Part shown: one piece after another, positions 25,966 to 36,522 of the stretch
Layout: the number at the start of each line of letters is the position of its first letter
Numbering within the stretch: the stretch's first letter is position 1
DNA from: a phage
Direction: 5' to 3' (one strand)
Length of the DNA stretch: 64,000 nt
NCBI GenBank assembly: GCA_027218345.1
Contig: GCA_027218345.1_3950.1
Program-made: the position numbers and the translations under genes
The notes under the pieces: generated by a model
The model's input: the letters and a program-made list of their open reading frames with translations, nothing else
Told to the model about the DNA's origin: nothing
The model's database searches: none

Positions 25966-26491
25966 GGTTTACCTTAGAAATGTTTGTTGCAAATTCACAT
26001 TGAGCAATAACTTTCATGTTGTTATAGACATCTTGAGAATATTTCTTAGCTTTAGGGATTCTGTACGAATACCCAGCATTATATGATGCTAAAACTTTTT
26101 GTAAAGTCTTCTTTGACTTTGGCTGACCATGCACCTTTGTCCAAAACTCAAGTTCTTTGTGCGTTTCCTTTGCAGCATAGTCAAAGTCTTTTAAGAGTTT
26201 CTTTTTAGCCACATTAGGACTAATTTTGTTACGCTTTACAACAGTCTTCAAGTGATTCTGGAAAATACCATAATCATGTGTCTTTTTATTCTCTACCTTC
26301 AGACCTAACTCTGACTCTTGTAAGGCTATAGCAGCTAGAGTGATACCCCAACCTTTACCCATGTTATTCTCACCATACTGGTAAGCTTTTAACATGTTTA
26401 CTTTTTGGCTAATTGATAGCTCTGGGCAGTCAACTGCATAAGATAAGTGTGCTGTAAACATTAAGCACAAACCTAGAATCAATTTCTTCAT
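25943..26491 (-). CDS. secreted protein with lytic-transglycosylase-like motif
   Basis: N-terminal signal peptide; ES...GL...YGIFQ resembles SLT catalytic region. Confidence 0.45.
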   Translation of the reverse strand: MKKLILGLCLMFTAHLSYAVDCPELSISQKVNMLKAYQYGENNMGKGWGITLAAIALQESELGLKVENKKTHDYGIFQNHLKTVVKRNKISPNVAKKKLLKDFDYAAKETHKELEFWTKVHGQPKSKKTLQKVLASYNAGYSYRIPKAKKYSQDVYNNMKVIAQCEFATNISKVNHEKIKKV

Positions 26492-26552
26492 TGGTTCTCC
26501 TGTTTAGTTTATCGTGACAACAATTATACAGCACTCTGCACAAAATACAAAT

Positions 26553-26582
26553 AAAAAAGGCCGCCGAAGCAGCCTTTTAAGA
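26553..26582 (-). terminator. candidate terminator after rIIB
   Basis: Minus-strand GC-rich hairpin (GGCTGCTTCGGCGGCC) then T run. Confidence 0.45.
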
Positions 26583-26591
26583 AATTACTTA

Positions 26592-27701
26592 TTAGATTTC
26601 ACGTTTACGTTGAGAGATGAGTTCACCAGCAGTGCCAACGATGACATGCAAAGCTTCAGTCTTACCGTCCCATGCTTCCAGCACTTTACGTTGATTATCA
26701 ACGATTGCTGCAACTTCATAACGAGAGGAACGCATCTTCATATCGTTGTAATCAGTTGGTACGGATACAACGTCTCGTGGATGGACACGAACCTTCAGAA
26801 TTGTATCACCTGAGAAGCAACGAACATAATCCCAAGCACCAACGTGAAGACCTTGAGAGCAAGTCACGTTACGGTTATTATCAACCATCCAACGTGGCAT
26901 TTCTACAACGTTACCCAAATCATTAGGTACTCTGTAGGTGTGAGAGTCAACCAGCTTGCCTTCACGAGTAGAGACTTTCTTCCAACCAATGATGTAACCT
27001 TCTTCATCAATTTCAACATCAAGGTGAGATACAAATCCCCAAAGTTGTTCTACGGAATCTTTAGATGGGTTTTCCATCAGCTTTTCGAAGAACATTACAA
27101 GGCGTTCAAAACCCTTATCTCCAGTCTTCATCATGTGAAGAATACGGTCAACCAGAGTAGAACGCATCTCAACAGCACCGTAGAATAACTTATCACCTTT
27201 GATTGTGATAGCACCCTGAGTGAAGTTTTCGATAGACTTACGAATGTTCATCAGTTCAAAGGCTTTCTTAAACTCACCTTTCACAACATGAACTACAATC
27301 TCTTGATAGTTCGGATGAGTAGACTCAACAATTTCAGACTCTGAACCATAAGTCATAATTACAGAGTCACCAGTAATCATGTACTCAATCTTGTCATCTT
27401 TCTGCATAGCTTCATGTAGTTTATTTACTGGAGCTTTCTGTACAGACTCTTTAACAACCTTTTCAACTGGTTTGTCAGCTTTCTTTTTAAAGGTCTTAGC
27501 AACTTGCTTCAAAGTCTTCGTAGCTGGTGTAGAAGTCGCCTTCTTATTCCCTTTTAAGGTTGCTTCATGACGCTCTACAGCACGACCGACTGAACGGGTT
27601 GAGGTGTTAAATTTCTGTGCAATAGCTGTTTTAGTCAGCTTGCCCTCTTTAACCAGTTTGTAAATTTCTGCGTCAATCTGTGCTTTAGTTTTAGTAGTCA
27701 T
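26592..27701 (-). CDS. rIIB: rIIB-like protein
   Basis: 369-aa ORF directly downstream of rIIA-like gene with N-terminal HTH-like region; assignment by synteny. Confidence 0.5.
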   Translation of the reverse strand: MTTKTKAQIDAEIYKLVKEGKLTKTAIAQKFNTSTRSVGRAVERHEATLKGNKKATSTPATKTLKQVAKTFKKKADKPVEKVVKESVQKAPVNKLHEAMQKDDKIEYMITGDSVIMTYGSESEIVESTHPNYQEIVVHVVKGEFKKAFELMNIRKSIENFTQGAITIKGDKLFYGAVEMRSTLVDRILHMMKTGDKGFERLVMFFEKLMENPSKDSVEQLWGFVSHLDVEIDEEGYIIGWKKVSTREGKLVDSHTYRVPNDLGNVVEMPRWMVDNNRNVTCSQGLHVGAWDYVRCFSGDTILKVRVHPRDVVSVPTDYNDMKMRSSRYEVAAIVDNQRKVLEAWDGKTEALHVIVGTAGELISQRKREI

Positions 27702-27779
27702 CTTATTACTCTCTCTTGTCAGTTAATAATCATTTTGTGATGCTATTTTAAGGGGCTTTGAAGCCCCTTGTCAAATACT

Positions 27780-30146
27780 TTAATCGTAATCTGTTGTACC
27801 TTCTGGAACACATTTTACATCAAAGCCTAAGAACTTACTCACTTCGATGGGTGACACTTTATTCCAATCTAAATGAGAAAGCAAGAAGTTTTCTTGTTTT
27901 CTTTTTGAAAGGTAGTTTGTCACCTTAATAACCATACGGTCACCAGCTTTCTTAATTTTCTTGTACAGCTTTGTATCATTGTCAAGACAGTCTTTCAAAG
28001 TTTTCAATACACTAATGGTATAAGTGTATGCAAATGGTGCAGCAACGTATTGGATTTTACCGAACATTGCCTCTACAGCCTCTTCATTTCCTTCTAGGAA
28101 GATAGTTTTGTTTGTATCCCTTGAATAACAATACCCGCGAGAAATCTTCCTGTTATTAAACGTAAAGTCTCTGGCAATAATCCAACTGCTTGTAAGGTCA
28201 AGGACACCATTCATATAGATACGCGTCATATATCTGTTATGGTTAATCCAGTGAACATCAGTTAAGCTGTCGTTCAAGAGTTTCTCATCTACTTCAATCC
28301 AATCTTCTGGTATCTTTTTCCAATTTGCTTTTCGGAAAACATAGACTGTCTTACCTGTAACATTAGCAACTGACTTAGCTACATCTTCTGGAGATGAGCA
28401 AAAACATTCACCATCAACTGTGTCACCAATTGCCTTAATGTAAAGCTGAGGTTCTTCAATTGTGTCTAAGTCCTCTGACACCTCTTTGTAGGAGGCTACA
28501 CCTTCTGCTGGAACAGCTTTCCAGAGTTTTACAACACCTCTTACAGCTTCTTTACGCTGATAATGGTGTTCCTTATCAGACATCTTCACAATCTTTAACA
28601 AACTCTTATCAAGTTTGTGTAGATTGATTAGGTCGTCTAACTCTTTCTCATTAGAGAATACGAAGACAATACCGTTGTATCTGTGAAACAGACTTGACTC
28701 GCTGGCATAGTCTCGACATGCACCACGTAGAATCTGGTTGCGTCCTACAGTCTTCTCAGTACCGTTTTTATTGCGACGGTCATTAATCACGAACAAAAAC
28801 TGTTCAATTTGGCTTTTACGCATTACACCAAAGATATTGAACATACTTGCCTCTTGAGTGTAGGAAAGTGCTGTTGCACGAATCTTACTCTCTAAAGAGT
28901 TGAACTTGACATAAGCAACTGGGTTATAAAGATAATCTACTTTAGGGATATTGTTCCCGTTCCTATCAACCTTAATATTGCCTTTACCGTCACGTTCATA
29001 AATGACTGAGCCGTCTTCTGCGTAGATAATCCCACGACGAATGTTTAGCAATTCTTCTTCCAGAGAATCAAGCTTAACGCCTCCCCACTCTAGCTTTGGA
29101 CACACAGCATTAAACATCTCTCGTGAGTTCAAACGTAACTCAGCATAAGCCTGTGCAGCATCCATGAGTGTAGGTTGGCTATTAACTTTCTTGATAACAT
29201 CCTTTGTAATGGCTTCAGTTATCTTTTTAGTAGCCTCAATGATAACATTTTTTGTAGTGTCATTCATCTGCAATGCTTCACGAGAAGCTGCAATAGCAAC
29301 TGAACCAATAGGCATGTAGATGTTTACAAGGTCTACGCTCCTACGGAAAAATTCTGGCAATACTTTGAAGAAATCATCTCCAAGTAATGCTTCCATGTTA
29401 ACAGGGTAGGCAATGTTACCCATCACCACATTAAACTCTGTTCTGTTAGCGCCAGAACGCCAGCTTTGCTTATGAATCATGGCATCATAAACACCTTCTT
29501 CACGGGCAATGACGTTCATATCTGCTAATACATCGTCGTACTCAATATTACTTTCTGGTTTTACAGTGAAGTATGAGTACACATTCCCAGCTTCTTCAAA
29601 GAACTTTGAGATACGGTGGTCAGCAACTGCCACACGTACAGCTAAACCATTAGGTTCTTTTGTTGGGTTAGTTGTCAGCTTAGTTACTTGAGGGATACCA
29701 TTCTCAAGATAAACAGAGTACTTATTAACAACACCGTCAACATAGCTAGATACTGTGAATGACTGAGCAATTGCAAATGGTGACTTTGAGCCGATACCCA
29801 TTGCACCAATGTAGTCATTAGAGTCATTCTTCGTAGAAGCTCCATAGTTTAGGTACAAACTCATAACTTTATCATGAGTCAATCCAGTTCCAAAATCACG
29901 AACTTCGAAGTAAGGCTCAAAACGAGTAGGTAAATGCACATGGAATGGAATGTTCTCTTTTCCAGCTTCTTTCTGAGCATCTACTGCGTTACATGACAGT
30001 TCACGAATCACTGCCCTTTCTTTAAAGGTGTATACACCAGAACTCAAAAGGCTGAACATCTCAGGTGTCATTGTAATCTGTGCTTGAGATGTCTCTAAAG
30101 AAGTTGAACTCTTAATCACTTCTGCGTGGTCATTTACCATGCGCAT
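27780..30146 (-). CDS. rIIA: rIIA-like protein with N-terminal GHKL-type ATPase fold
   Basis: 788 aa; motifs VRDFGTGL and GAMGIGSKS (Bergerat fold) near N-terminus. Confidence 0.6.
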   Translation of the reverse strand: MRMVNDHAEVIKSSTSLETSQAQITMTPEMFSLLSSGVYTFKERAVIRELSCNAVDAQKEAGKENIPFHVHLPTRFEPYFEVRDFGTGLTHDKVMSLYLNYGASTKNDSNDYIGAMGIGSKSPFAIAQSFTVSSYVDGVVNKYSVYLENGIPQVTKLTTNPTKEPNGLAVRVAVADHRISKFFEEAGNVYSYFTVKPESNIEYDDVLADMNVIAREEGVYDAMIHKQSWRSGANRTEFNVVMGNIAYPVNMEALLGDDFFKVLPEFFRRSVDLVNIYMPIGSVAIAASREALQMNDTTKNVIIEATKKITEAITKDVIKKVNSQPTLMDAAQAYAELRLNSREMFNAVCPKLEWGGVKLDSLEEELLNIRRGIIYAEDGSVIYERDGKGNIKVDRNGNNIPKVDYLYNPVAYVKFNSLESKIRATALSYTQEASMFNIFGVMRKSQIEQFLFVINDRRNKNGTEKTVGRNQILRGACRDYASESSLFHRYNGIVFVFSNEKELDDLINLHKLDKSLLKIVKMSDKEHHYQRKEAVRGVVKLWKAVPAEGVASYKEVSEDLDTIEEPQLYIKAIGDTVDGECFCSSPEDVAKSVANVTGKTVYVFRKANWKKIPEDWIEVDEKLLNDSLTDVHWINHNRYMTRIYMNGVLDLTSSWIIARDFTFNNRKISRGYCYSRDTNKTIFLEGNEEAVEAMFGKIQYVAAPFAYTYTISVLKTLKDCLDNDTKLYKKIKKAGDRMVIKVTNYLSKRKQENFLLSHLDWNKVSPIEVSKFLGFDVKCVPEGTTDYD

Positions 30147-30332
30147 AATACTTTCCTCTTAGTTTACTGTTAAATTACTTATTAAACATTTTACCAGAAC
30201 CACCACACATAGGGCAACAACCTGCTCTTGTATACCCTTCTCCGTTACAGTAGTCACACTTCTTGTGTTCTGCAAAGTACTTACAAAGAAGATAAACAAG
30301 GACTGCTACACTACCAAGTGACAGTAAAATTT

Positions 30333-30668
30333 CTATCCAATATGCTTGCATGACTCACCTCTCATATTTTTGTAAAGGATAAAGCTTCTGTCATGGACGA
30401 TACTTGTAGATACTGCAAAGTTACTTTCAAGCATCTGTTTGTTTGGATTGTAGAAGCTTTTTTTAAACTCGTCAAGTGCAAATTGGTGATTATCTGGAAG
30501 ACCTTTTATGCAGACCTTTATTGTGATTGCTGCTGCGACCTTGCCAGTCAGTTCTTCTTTAGCTGCTACTAAAATTTTGTTAAGGAACTTATGACCATCT
30601 TCAGGATTCTTGATGTTCTCCCAACGTTCTTCTAAGATAATGTTGATGTTCATCTCTTTTATTTTCAT
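30333..30668 (-). CDS. hypothetical protein
   Basis: 111-aa ORF. Confidence 0.45.
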   Translation of the reverse strand: MKIKEMNINIILEERWENIKNPEDGHKFLNKILVAAKEELTGKVAAAITIKVCIKGLPDNHQFALDEFKKSFYNPNKQMLESNFAVSTSIVHDRSFILYKNMRGESCKHIG

Positions 30669-30683
30669 AGTTTTCTCCAGAAA

Positions 30684-30710
30684 TTAAAAAGGCTCCCGTA
30701 GGAGCCTCTT
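30684..30710 (-). terminator. rho-independent terminator after nadV
   Basis: Minus-strand hairpin GAGGCTCCTACGGGAGCC then TTTTT. Confidence 0.55.
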
Positions 30711-30721
30711 ATCATATACTT

Positions 30722-32505
30722 TTAAAGCTGCTTGTCAATATTATTTCGAATATCGCCAAGAGTTGTGTAACCGAACTGCTCAGAGTCACTAAAGACTAAA
30801 CGTAAAGCACAAGCTGGATGTTCAAGCACATCTGCAAAGCTCTGGAATCCATAGCCATCTACAGCTTTCAGCTTATCACCATCCCACATGGGCGCTACAC
30901 CACCAAAAGCAGACTTCTTAACACCGCTATCTGTTTTAGGGTCTTTTGCAAGCATAATCTCTTTACCACCAATGCTTGCAAGAGTTGCTTTGACAGCAAA
31001 TGCAAAGGTGTCACGAGTCATGTACTGGTAAGTATAAGAACCTACACCAAACACTACGTTAGAGCTTGCAAAACCCATTTCATACAGACGCTTCAGGATT
31101 TCGTTTGCACGTTCCAACGTGATAGAGTCACCATAGATAAGGCCGATATGTTCATCCAGTACCTTAAAACCTTTAGAGTTGATAGTTCCTCCAAAGATGT
31201 TATACAAGGTCTTAATAGCTCCATCAATCTCTGCTACAGGACGTGTTACAACGTTTGCAGAACCAACCATATAAGCATTCTTCAACATCACTGTATCAGC
31301 AACTTCAAAGTCTTCTCTGTCAACAACCATTTCGTAGCCTTCTGACAGTAGCCATCCAGCAATGCCATAGTTGATGTTTTCAAGCTTCATGTTCAGAACA
31401 GCATTCAACATTGTGTCACTAGCTTCCAGCTTGCTTAGGTGCTCGTAATAAGCCTTCTTAGCACACTCTAAGTGGATTGCTTTATAGCCTGTGACAATAT
31501 GTACAGGGTCTCCAGAGTCAGGGCGAATTACCAGTTTGCCGTCACGTTCCATAATCTCTTTACGAAGTGCTGGTAATATAACTGATACAGTTCTCCAGAA
31601 GTTATAAGTATCTGAAACAACACTTGCAATACCAGTTGGGTAAGTTTCTGTTAAGAAACGACGGAAGGTTTGTAACTCACCTTTAAAGCGTCTTTCTTCT
31701 TCAATCAACTCATTACCACCTTCCCAAGCAATGTTTGCACACATTACAGAGTGTTCAGTGGCTGGTACAGAACTGCCAATATCAGAAATTGGGTAAGACT
31801 GTCCATAGATGCGTTTAGCTGTATATACAGCAGGGAAGCTATCAGTTCCTTTAAAGCTGGTTAAGTGACCTACAGCATTAAATGCGTCATCGGTAAAGCC
31901 GGACATACCACGCATAGCAAAGTCATGGCACTGATAAGGTAAATGTAAGTCATTGTCACAAGTAAGGTCAGCCCACTTCTTACAGATGCGTTTATAATGC
32001 AATGCAATAGTCGCAATGGTACAAGCCTTCCAAATCTCAGCAGAGAAAGCATCTTCCAGATAACCTGCTACCCAATGGAAACCTGAAACAGTGTTCTGGA
32101 AGACAATCATTGGGACACGCATAGGGACAACTGTGCCTTCTTCTACAGCGTATACTTCAACTGGTAGATAACCTAAGTCGTGAAGTGCTTCCCAATGCTC
32201 TCGACCGATAGCATCTTTACCCAGAACACCATTCATGACTTCTAAGATTTCGTCAATTGCTTCTTTTTTATCACGTTCAAAGAAAGTGGCGTTCCAGTGG
32301 TCTATCAAGTAATCTTTAACAAAACGTTGAATACCAAAAGCCACTACACCATCAATTGCTAAGGGGCTGTTAAACCATTTATCACTACGTGGTGTCAGGT
32401 TGAACATCAAATATTCTGTTGCACTAGGATATTGATTGATATGGCCTGATTTGTAGCAATCTGCGTTAAGTCCTGCTGGAACTGCATAAAGTGATTTAGT
32501 CATCT
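30722..32505 (-). CDS. nadV: nicotinamide phosphoribosyltransferase (NAMPT)
   Basis: Large ORF with NAMPT-like regions; start set at MTKS after a hairpin; terminator hairpin downstream. Confidence 0.75.
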
Positions 32506-32550
32506 TGTAATCTCTCTCAAAAGTGGGGCTTACAAGCCCCATGTAATAAT

Positions 32551-33450
32551 TTAATCAAGGTTTGCTACAGTTACTTGACCATAGTGTGACAAACCACGGT
32601 CTTTCGCTTCACCTAAAGTATTTGTAGTGTAGATATGGTCGATTCCGTTGTCAAGCAAGTTTTCAACACCTTTAGAGAAAATCCCATGTGTTACATATAG
32701 TTCCACACGTTTTGCACCTGCTTCACGAAGATGTTTGGCTGCTTCTATGAAGGTTCTACCACCATCACAGATATCATCCAGAATCATGACGGTTTTATCT
32801 GTCAAATCAACATCATCAAGGATTCGCATACCAGTAATTTCACCAGTCTTAAGGTTACGCACTTTAGACATTGTGATGTATGGTTTATCCACCTCTTTAG
32901 CGGTCTCTGCAACCTTCTTAGCAGCACCTGCATCTGGGGCTACTAAGTAATCAATCAGTGGGTCATTTGCATAGTGGACTGCAATTTCCTTTTGAGGAAT
33001 ACTCTGGAAGCAATTGAAAAGGTTATCTGGAACGTAACTGTGAGGGTCAACTGCACAGACTGCACCAAATCCCATTGCATTCACCTGTTTAGCAAAAACC
33101 TTTAAAGCTGCTGCATCACCTTTAAACATGTGACGGTCATATCGTGCATTTGGTAAGTAGTAAAAAATGACAGTCTTCAGGGCATAATCATGAGGAACTA
33201 AATCATCAATTGATTCTTTAGCAAGTGCCACAGCAAACAATGTGTCTTTGTCATAACCCTTTACAATCATAACCACATTGTTAATAGATGATGCTGCATA
33301 AGCAGTAAAATCAACAAGCTCTTGTGAAAAATGTCCACCAATCTCACCAGAAGGGAATTGGATGATGTTAAACTCTTCTTCATGAGTTCCTTTAGTCGGT
33401 GAATGAACTGTAACACGGATAGATGTTTTCATAGTTTCTCTCTTAGTCAA
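32551..33450 (-). CDS. prs: ribose-phosphate pyrophosphokinase-like (PRPP synthetase family)
   Basis: PRPP-binding loop VMILDDICDGGRTF and LVAPDAGAAKK typical of PRPP synthetase fold. Confidence 0.7.
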   Translation of the reverse strand: MTKRETMKTSIRVTVHSPTKGTHEEEFNIIQFPSGEIGGHFSQELVDFTAYAASSINNVVMIVKGYDKDTLFAVALAKESIDDLVPHDYALKTVIFYYLPNARYDRHMFKGDAAALKVFAKQVNAMGFGAVCAVDPHSYVPDNLFNCFQSIPQKEIAVHYANDPLIDYLVAPDAGAAKKVAETAKEVDKPYITMSKVRNLKTGEITGMRILDDVDLTDKTVMILDDICDGGRTFIEAAKHLREAGAKRVELYVTHGIFSKGVENLLDNGIDHIYTTNTLGEAKDRGLSHYGQVTVANLD

Positions 33451-33721
33451 AAGTTACGTTTGTTACTGCCATTGCAGATTTGCATTTTGCAGGGTCTACA
33501 ACGTGATAAAGTACACTACAGTTACCTGTGCTGTCTGGGACAGGCTTTACCCATTGATGCTTTATAGTTGGCTCTCCTAAGTCTTTGTAAGAACCATCTG
33601 TAAAGTTGTTTACCATCTCAAGTGCAATTGGTTCTGGAACATGACCGCGTATCATGTACATCTCACAACCATTACCACCTTCACTGACTAATGGTAAAAT
33701 CTCCCACTTTTCTTTAGCCAT
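33443..33721 (-). CDS. hypothetical protein
   Basis: 92-aa ORF. Confidence 0.4.
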   Translation of the reverse strand: MAKEKWEILPLVSEGGNGCEMYMIRGHVPEPIALEMVNNFTDGSYKDLGEPTIKHQWVKPVPDSTGNCSVLYHVVDPAKCKSAMAVTNVTFD

Positions 33722-34229
33722 TGTAAGTTGCTCTATAAACTGTCTCGAACTTCAACAGGAGAGATATTGCCAAATCTGTATAGTTGTTGTCAAGCACATC
33801 TGGCATATTATTTTTGATATATTTCTCTTGCTCTTCATAGGTCATCTTAGGGATACTTAGGAGGCTATCTCCTTGCTTCTGGTTATCAGCTTTAGTTTGG
33901 ATAAACCAGTTCGCACAGTGATGTTCACCACCTTTTGTAACAGGTTTGTGGTGGCCTAGTGTAAATGTTTGCTTACCCGTATACCTGCAAAGATTGTTCA
34001 GTGTTGCAATGGTGTTCTTCACAACACACCATTCATACAGGTTATCTATTGTGTAGTGTGGGTAATAACGGACAAGTGCTCTTTCACGGAAGTTATCATG
34101 ATTCCAAAGAACCATGTGATTAGAATTTGAAGGGTCATATTTGTGGGAGTCTATAAACTCTTGACGCTCATCAAAGCTGAGTCTTAGAACTGACATTGCA
34201 ACCGAACGTTTCAGGTTTGACAGGTACAT
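33714..34229 (-). CDS. HNH endonuclease
   Basis: Motif LGHHKPVTKGGEHHCANWFIQTKADNQKQGD (His-Asn-His core). Confidence 0.6.
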   Translation of the reverse strand: MYLSNLKRSVAMSVLRLSFDERQEFIDSHKYDPSNSNHMVLWNHDNFRERALVRYYPHYTIDNLYEWCVVKNTIATLNNLCRYTGKQTFTLGHHKPVTKGGEHHCANWFIQTKADNQKQGDSLLSIPKMTYEEQEKYIKNNMPDVLDNNYTDLAISLLLKFETVYRATYNG

Positions 34230-34280
34230 TTTACCTCCAAAATAAAAAGGGAACCTTTACAGTCCCCTTATAGTATCTGT

Positions 34281-34601
34281 TTACTGAGCTACTTTCAAGA
34301 TGCTTGTGAATGAAATCTCACTCTCATCCATAAACTCTTTTGCTTCTCCAGTAACTTTCACAAAGTTATCTAGGCAGATAATCTTCTTATCTTTCTTGCT
34401 GTAGGTTAGCTTAACCTTTTCAATATCTTTCTTAGAACTTTTCTCTTCATTGAAGAGTTTTACAGCCTCTTTAAACGGTAGGTATGAACCATCGTCGTCG
34501 CTAATAAAACCTGTGCCACAATAGTAGAAGTTGTATTCTTTAGCCATAAACTGGCACAGTACGAAAATCTGTAATTTGCGAGTGTTATAAACTTTGCTCA
34601 T
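34281..34601 (-). CDS. hypothetical protein
   Basis: 106-aa ORF. Confidence 0.45.
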   Translation of the reverse strand: MSKVYNTRKLQIFVLCQFMAKEYNFYYCGTGFISDDDGSYLPFKEAVKLFNEEKSSKKDIEKVKLTYSKKDKKIICLDNFVKVTGEAKEFMDESEISFTSILKVAQ

Positions 34602-34603
34602 GA

Positions 34604-34861
34604 TTATTTAGCCTTCTTATTGCGTTTACGGTTACGAGCTTTCTTAGCTGCTCGTTTAATAGCTGCTGCACCAGTTGGTCGATGTGCTTGTTTTTTACCA
34701 CCTTTACCACGGCCTACATAGATACTTTTCATAATCTCATTAGCCAGCTTCTCATCCATCTTGAAGTTCTGCATAAGGTGAGTCACATCAACGCCAGTGA
34801 GCATACCTAATGAAGCTAGTGCTGCTTTTACTTTTGATTTAAAACTGTTCCAGAGTCCCAT
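34604..34861 (-). CDS. hypothetical protein with basic C-terminus
   Basis: 85-aa ORF, Lys/Arg-rich tail. Confidence 0.45.
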   Translation of the reverse strand: MGLWNSFKSKVKAALASLGMLTGVDVTHLMQNFKMDEKLANEIMKSIYVGRGKGGKKQAHRPTGAAAIKRAAKKARNRKRNKKAK

Positions 34862-34984
34862 TTCGTATCTCTCTCAATCTTTTCACAAAATGTTTTAAGT
34901 TCTTTTCAGTGACACAAACGGTTAAGTTTGTTCTGTAGAACATTGTAAAGTGCCCTTTACCGATAACCTACTTTACGACTAGAC

Positions 34985-35470
34985 TTACTCTGCTCGCCAT
35001 TGACAATCGCCTTGCCATCCATACTCTTTTCTCCAGAGGTTTTGGTTATCAGAACCACGATATGGTTTAACTGTTGGTTTAGAAGAATCATACTTACCAT
35101 CAATCACCACGTCAACATATTTCATCACATCTAGATGAATTTTTTCGTGTAACTGAAAACCTGTCCAGAGCCAGATAGACTTTTCTGGGTAAACAGTTTT
35201 AATACGTTTACATATGTTGGTGACTTCTTGAATGTTTCTGTCATCAAGAGGTTCTCCACCAAGTATTGACAAACCACTGATGGCCTCATCATCCATTAAT
35301 TTAATGATGCCGTAGAGGTTTGCATAAGTAAACTCTTTACCAGCATTAAACTTCCAAGACTCCCTGTTAAAGCAGCCTTCACAGTGATGTTTACAACCAG
35401 CTACGAAGAGGCTTACACGAACCCCTTCGCCATTAGCTGTGTCAAATGGTCGAATCTCCATGTAATTCAT
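34985..35470 (-). CDS. nrdG: anaerobic ribonucleotide reductase activating protein (radical SAM)
   Basis: CKHHCEGC radical-SAM cysteine motif; adjacent to nrdD. Confidence 0.8.
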   Translation of the reverse strand: MNYMEIRPFDTANGEGVRVSLFVAGCKHHCEGCFNRESWKFNAGKEFTYANLYGIIKLMDDEAISGLSILGGEPLDDRNIQEVTNICKRIKTVYPEKSIWLWTGFQLHEKIHLDVMKYVDVVIDGKYDSSKPTVKPYRGSDNQNLWRKEYGWQGDCQWRAE

Positions 35471-35479
35471 CTAGTTACC

Positions 35480-35779
35480 TCACCAATACATATAAGTGCT
35501 CTGAGCAGCTTTCTTTGGAGACTTGCTGTCAATGTCAAAATCTTCATCTAAGAAGGATGTCTTAGAAAGCTGACTGATTTGTGTTCTTGTAAGACGTTTA
35601 GTAGCCTTCTTAATCTCTCTACAAGGCTGACTTGTAAAGTCATAAGAGCCACCTTTTCTGGACATCATATCAGAATGGAAGTAGACATCTGAAGCATTTT
35701 CTCTGTTACGTACCTCATTTCTCCACTCATAGAGTCCGTGAACGTTCTTTAAACCTTTTCTTCGAATTGTTTTACTCAT
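35480..35779 (-). CDS. hypothetical protein
   Basis: 99-aa ORF. Confidence 0.45.
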   Translation of the reverse strand: MSKTIRRKGLKNVHGLYEWRNEVRNRENASDVYFHSDMMSRKGGSYDFTSQPCREIKKATKRLTRTQISQLSKTSFLDEDFDIDSKSPKKAAQSTYMYW

Positions 35780-36171
35780 TCAAACACCACCTGACAAGGA
35801 ACCTGTTTAGTAATAAATTCTTCACAGTGTTCTTTAATGAAGTTTTGTAATGGCACACAATCTTGTGCACAAGTCATTAGCATAATGTACTCTGGATTCA
35901 TGATGTTTTCAAGAGTGTAGAAGACAACATCATCAGATAATTCATGACCGTCTTCTTCAGACCAAGTTCCAGAGACTACAGCTAATTTGTCAAGCAACTC
36001 ATTAGGCAACGCTGCACCATCTTCTACGGAATCACTTAGAACGTTGTCACTGATGTACAATGTGAAGGTCGTATGGAATGTTGAATATCTTACGTGATTC
36101 TTTTCGCAAGAGCCACACTCTGAGGCGTAATCTTTAATCCACTCTAACTGTTTTTGATTCAACTTAATCAT
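35776..36171 (-). CDS. hypothetical protein
   Basis: 131-aa ORF. Confidence 0.45.
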   Translation of the reverse strand: MIKLNQKQLEWIKDYASECGSCEKNHVRYSTFHTTFTLYISDNVLSDSVEDGAALPNELLDKLAVVSGTWSEEDGHELSDDVVFYTLENIMNPEYIMLMTCAQDCVPLQNFIKEHCEEFITKQVPCQVVFE

Positions 36172-36368
36172 AATTTCACCTTAGTTGGTAATGCACTGAA
36201 TGCTATAGCTAACCCTAAAAATGGTTTGAAACATGACCATAAATCCATCTGACCATGATATGCGAAACTCCATTGTGGGTCTGAAAAACCCCATACCATA
36301 ACACTAACCCCAAAGAAGAAGATTAGAATGTGGAGTATGTATATCAACGTTTTTGATATTTTAAACAT
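36168..36368 (-). CDS. small membrane protein
   Basis: 66-aa ORF, hydrophobic. Confidence 0.4.
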   Translation of the reverse strand: MFKISKTLIYILHILIFFFGVSVMVWGFSDPQWSFAYHGQMDLWSCFKPFLGLAIAFSALPTKVKL

Positions 36369-36522
36369 TTTAACTTATCTCTCAACTCACAATAAGAGAG
36401 TCCTAAAAAGAACCCTAGTAAGACAGAACCTATGAACAACCCAATAATACTCTCTGCCATATCTAACATCCAATAAAAAAGGTGATGTAAGCCTATCAAG
36501 ACTCACACCACCTTGTCAAGTT

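Noticed and set aside
32506-32542. Upstream ATG for nadV
   Set aside because: That ATG is inside the stem of hairpin GGGGCTTGTAAGCCCC; the next ATG (MTKS) has a better context.
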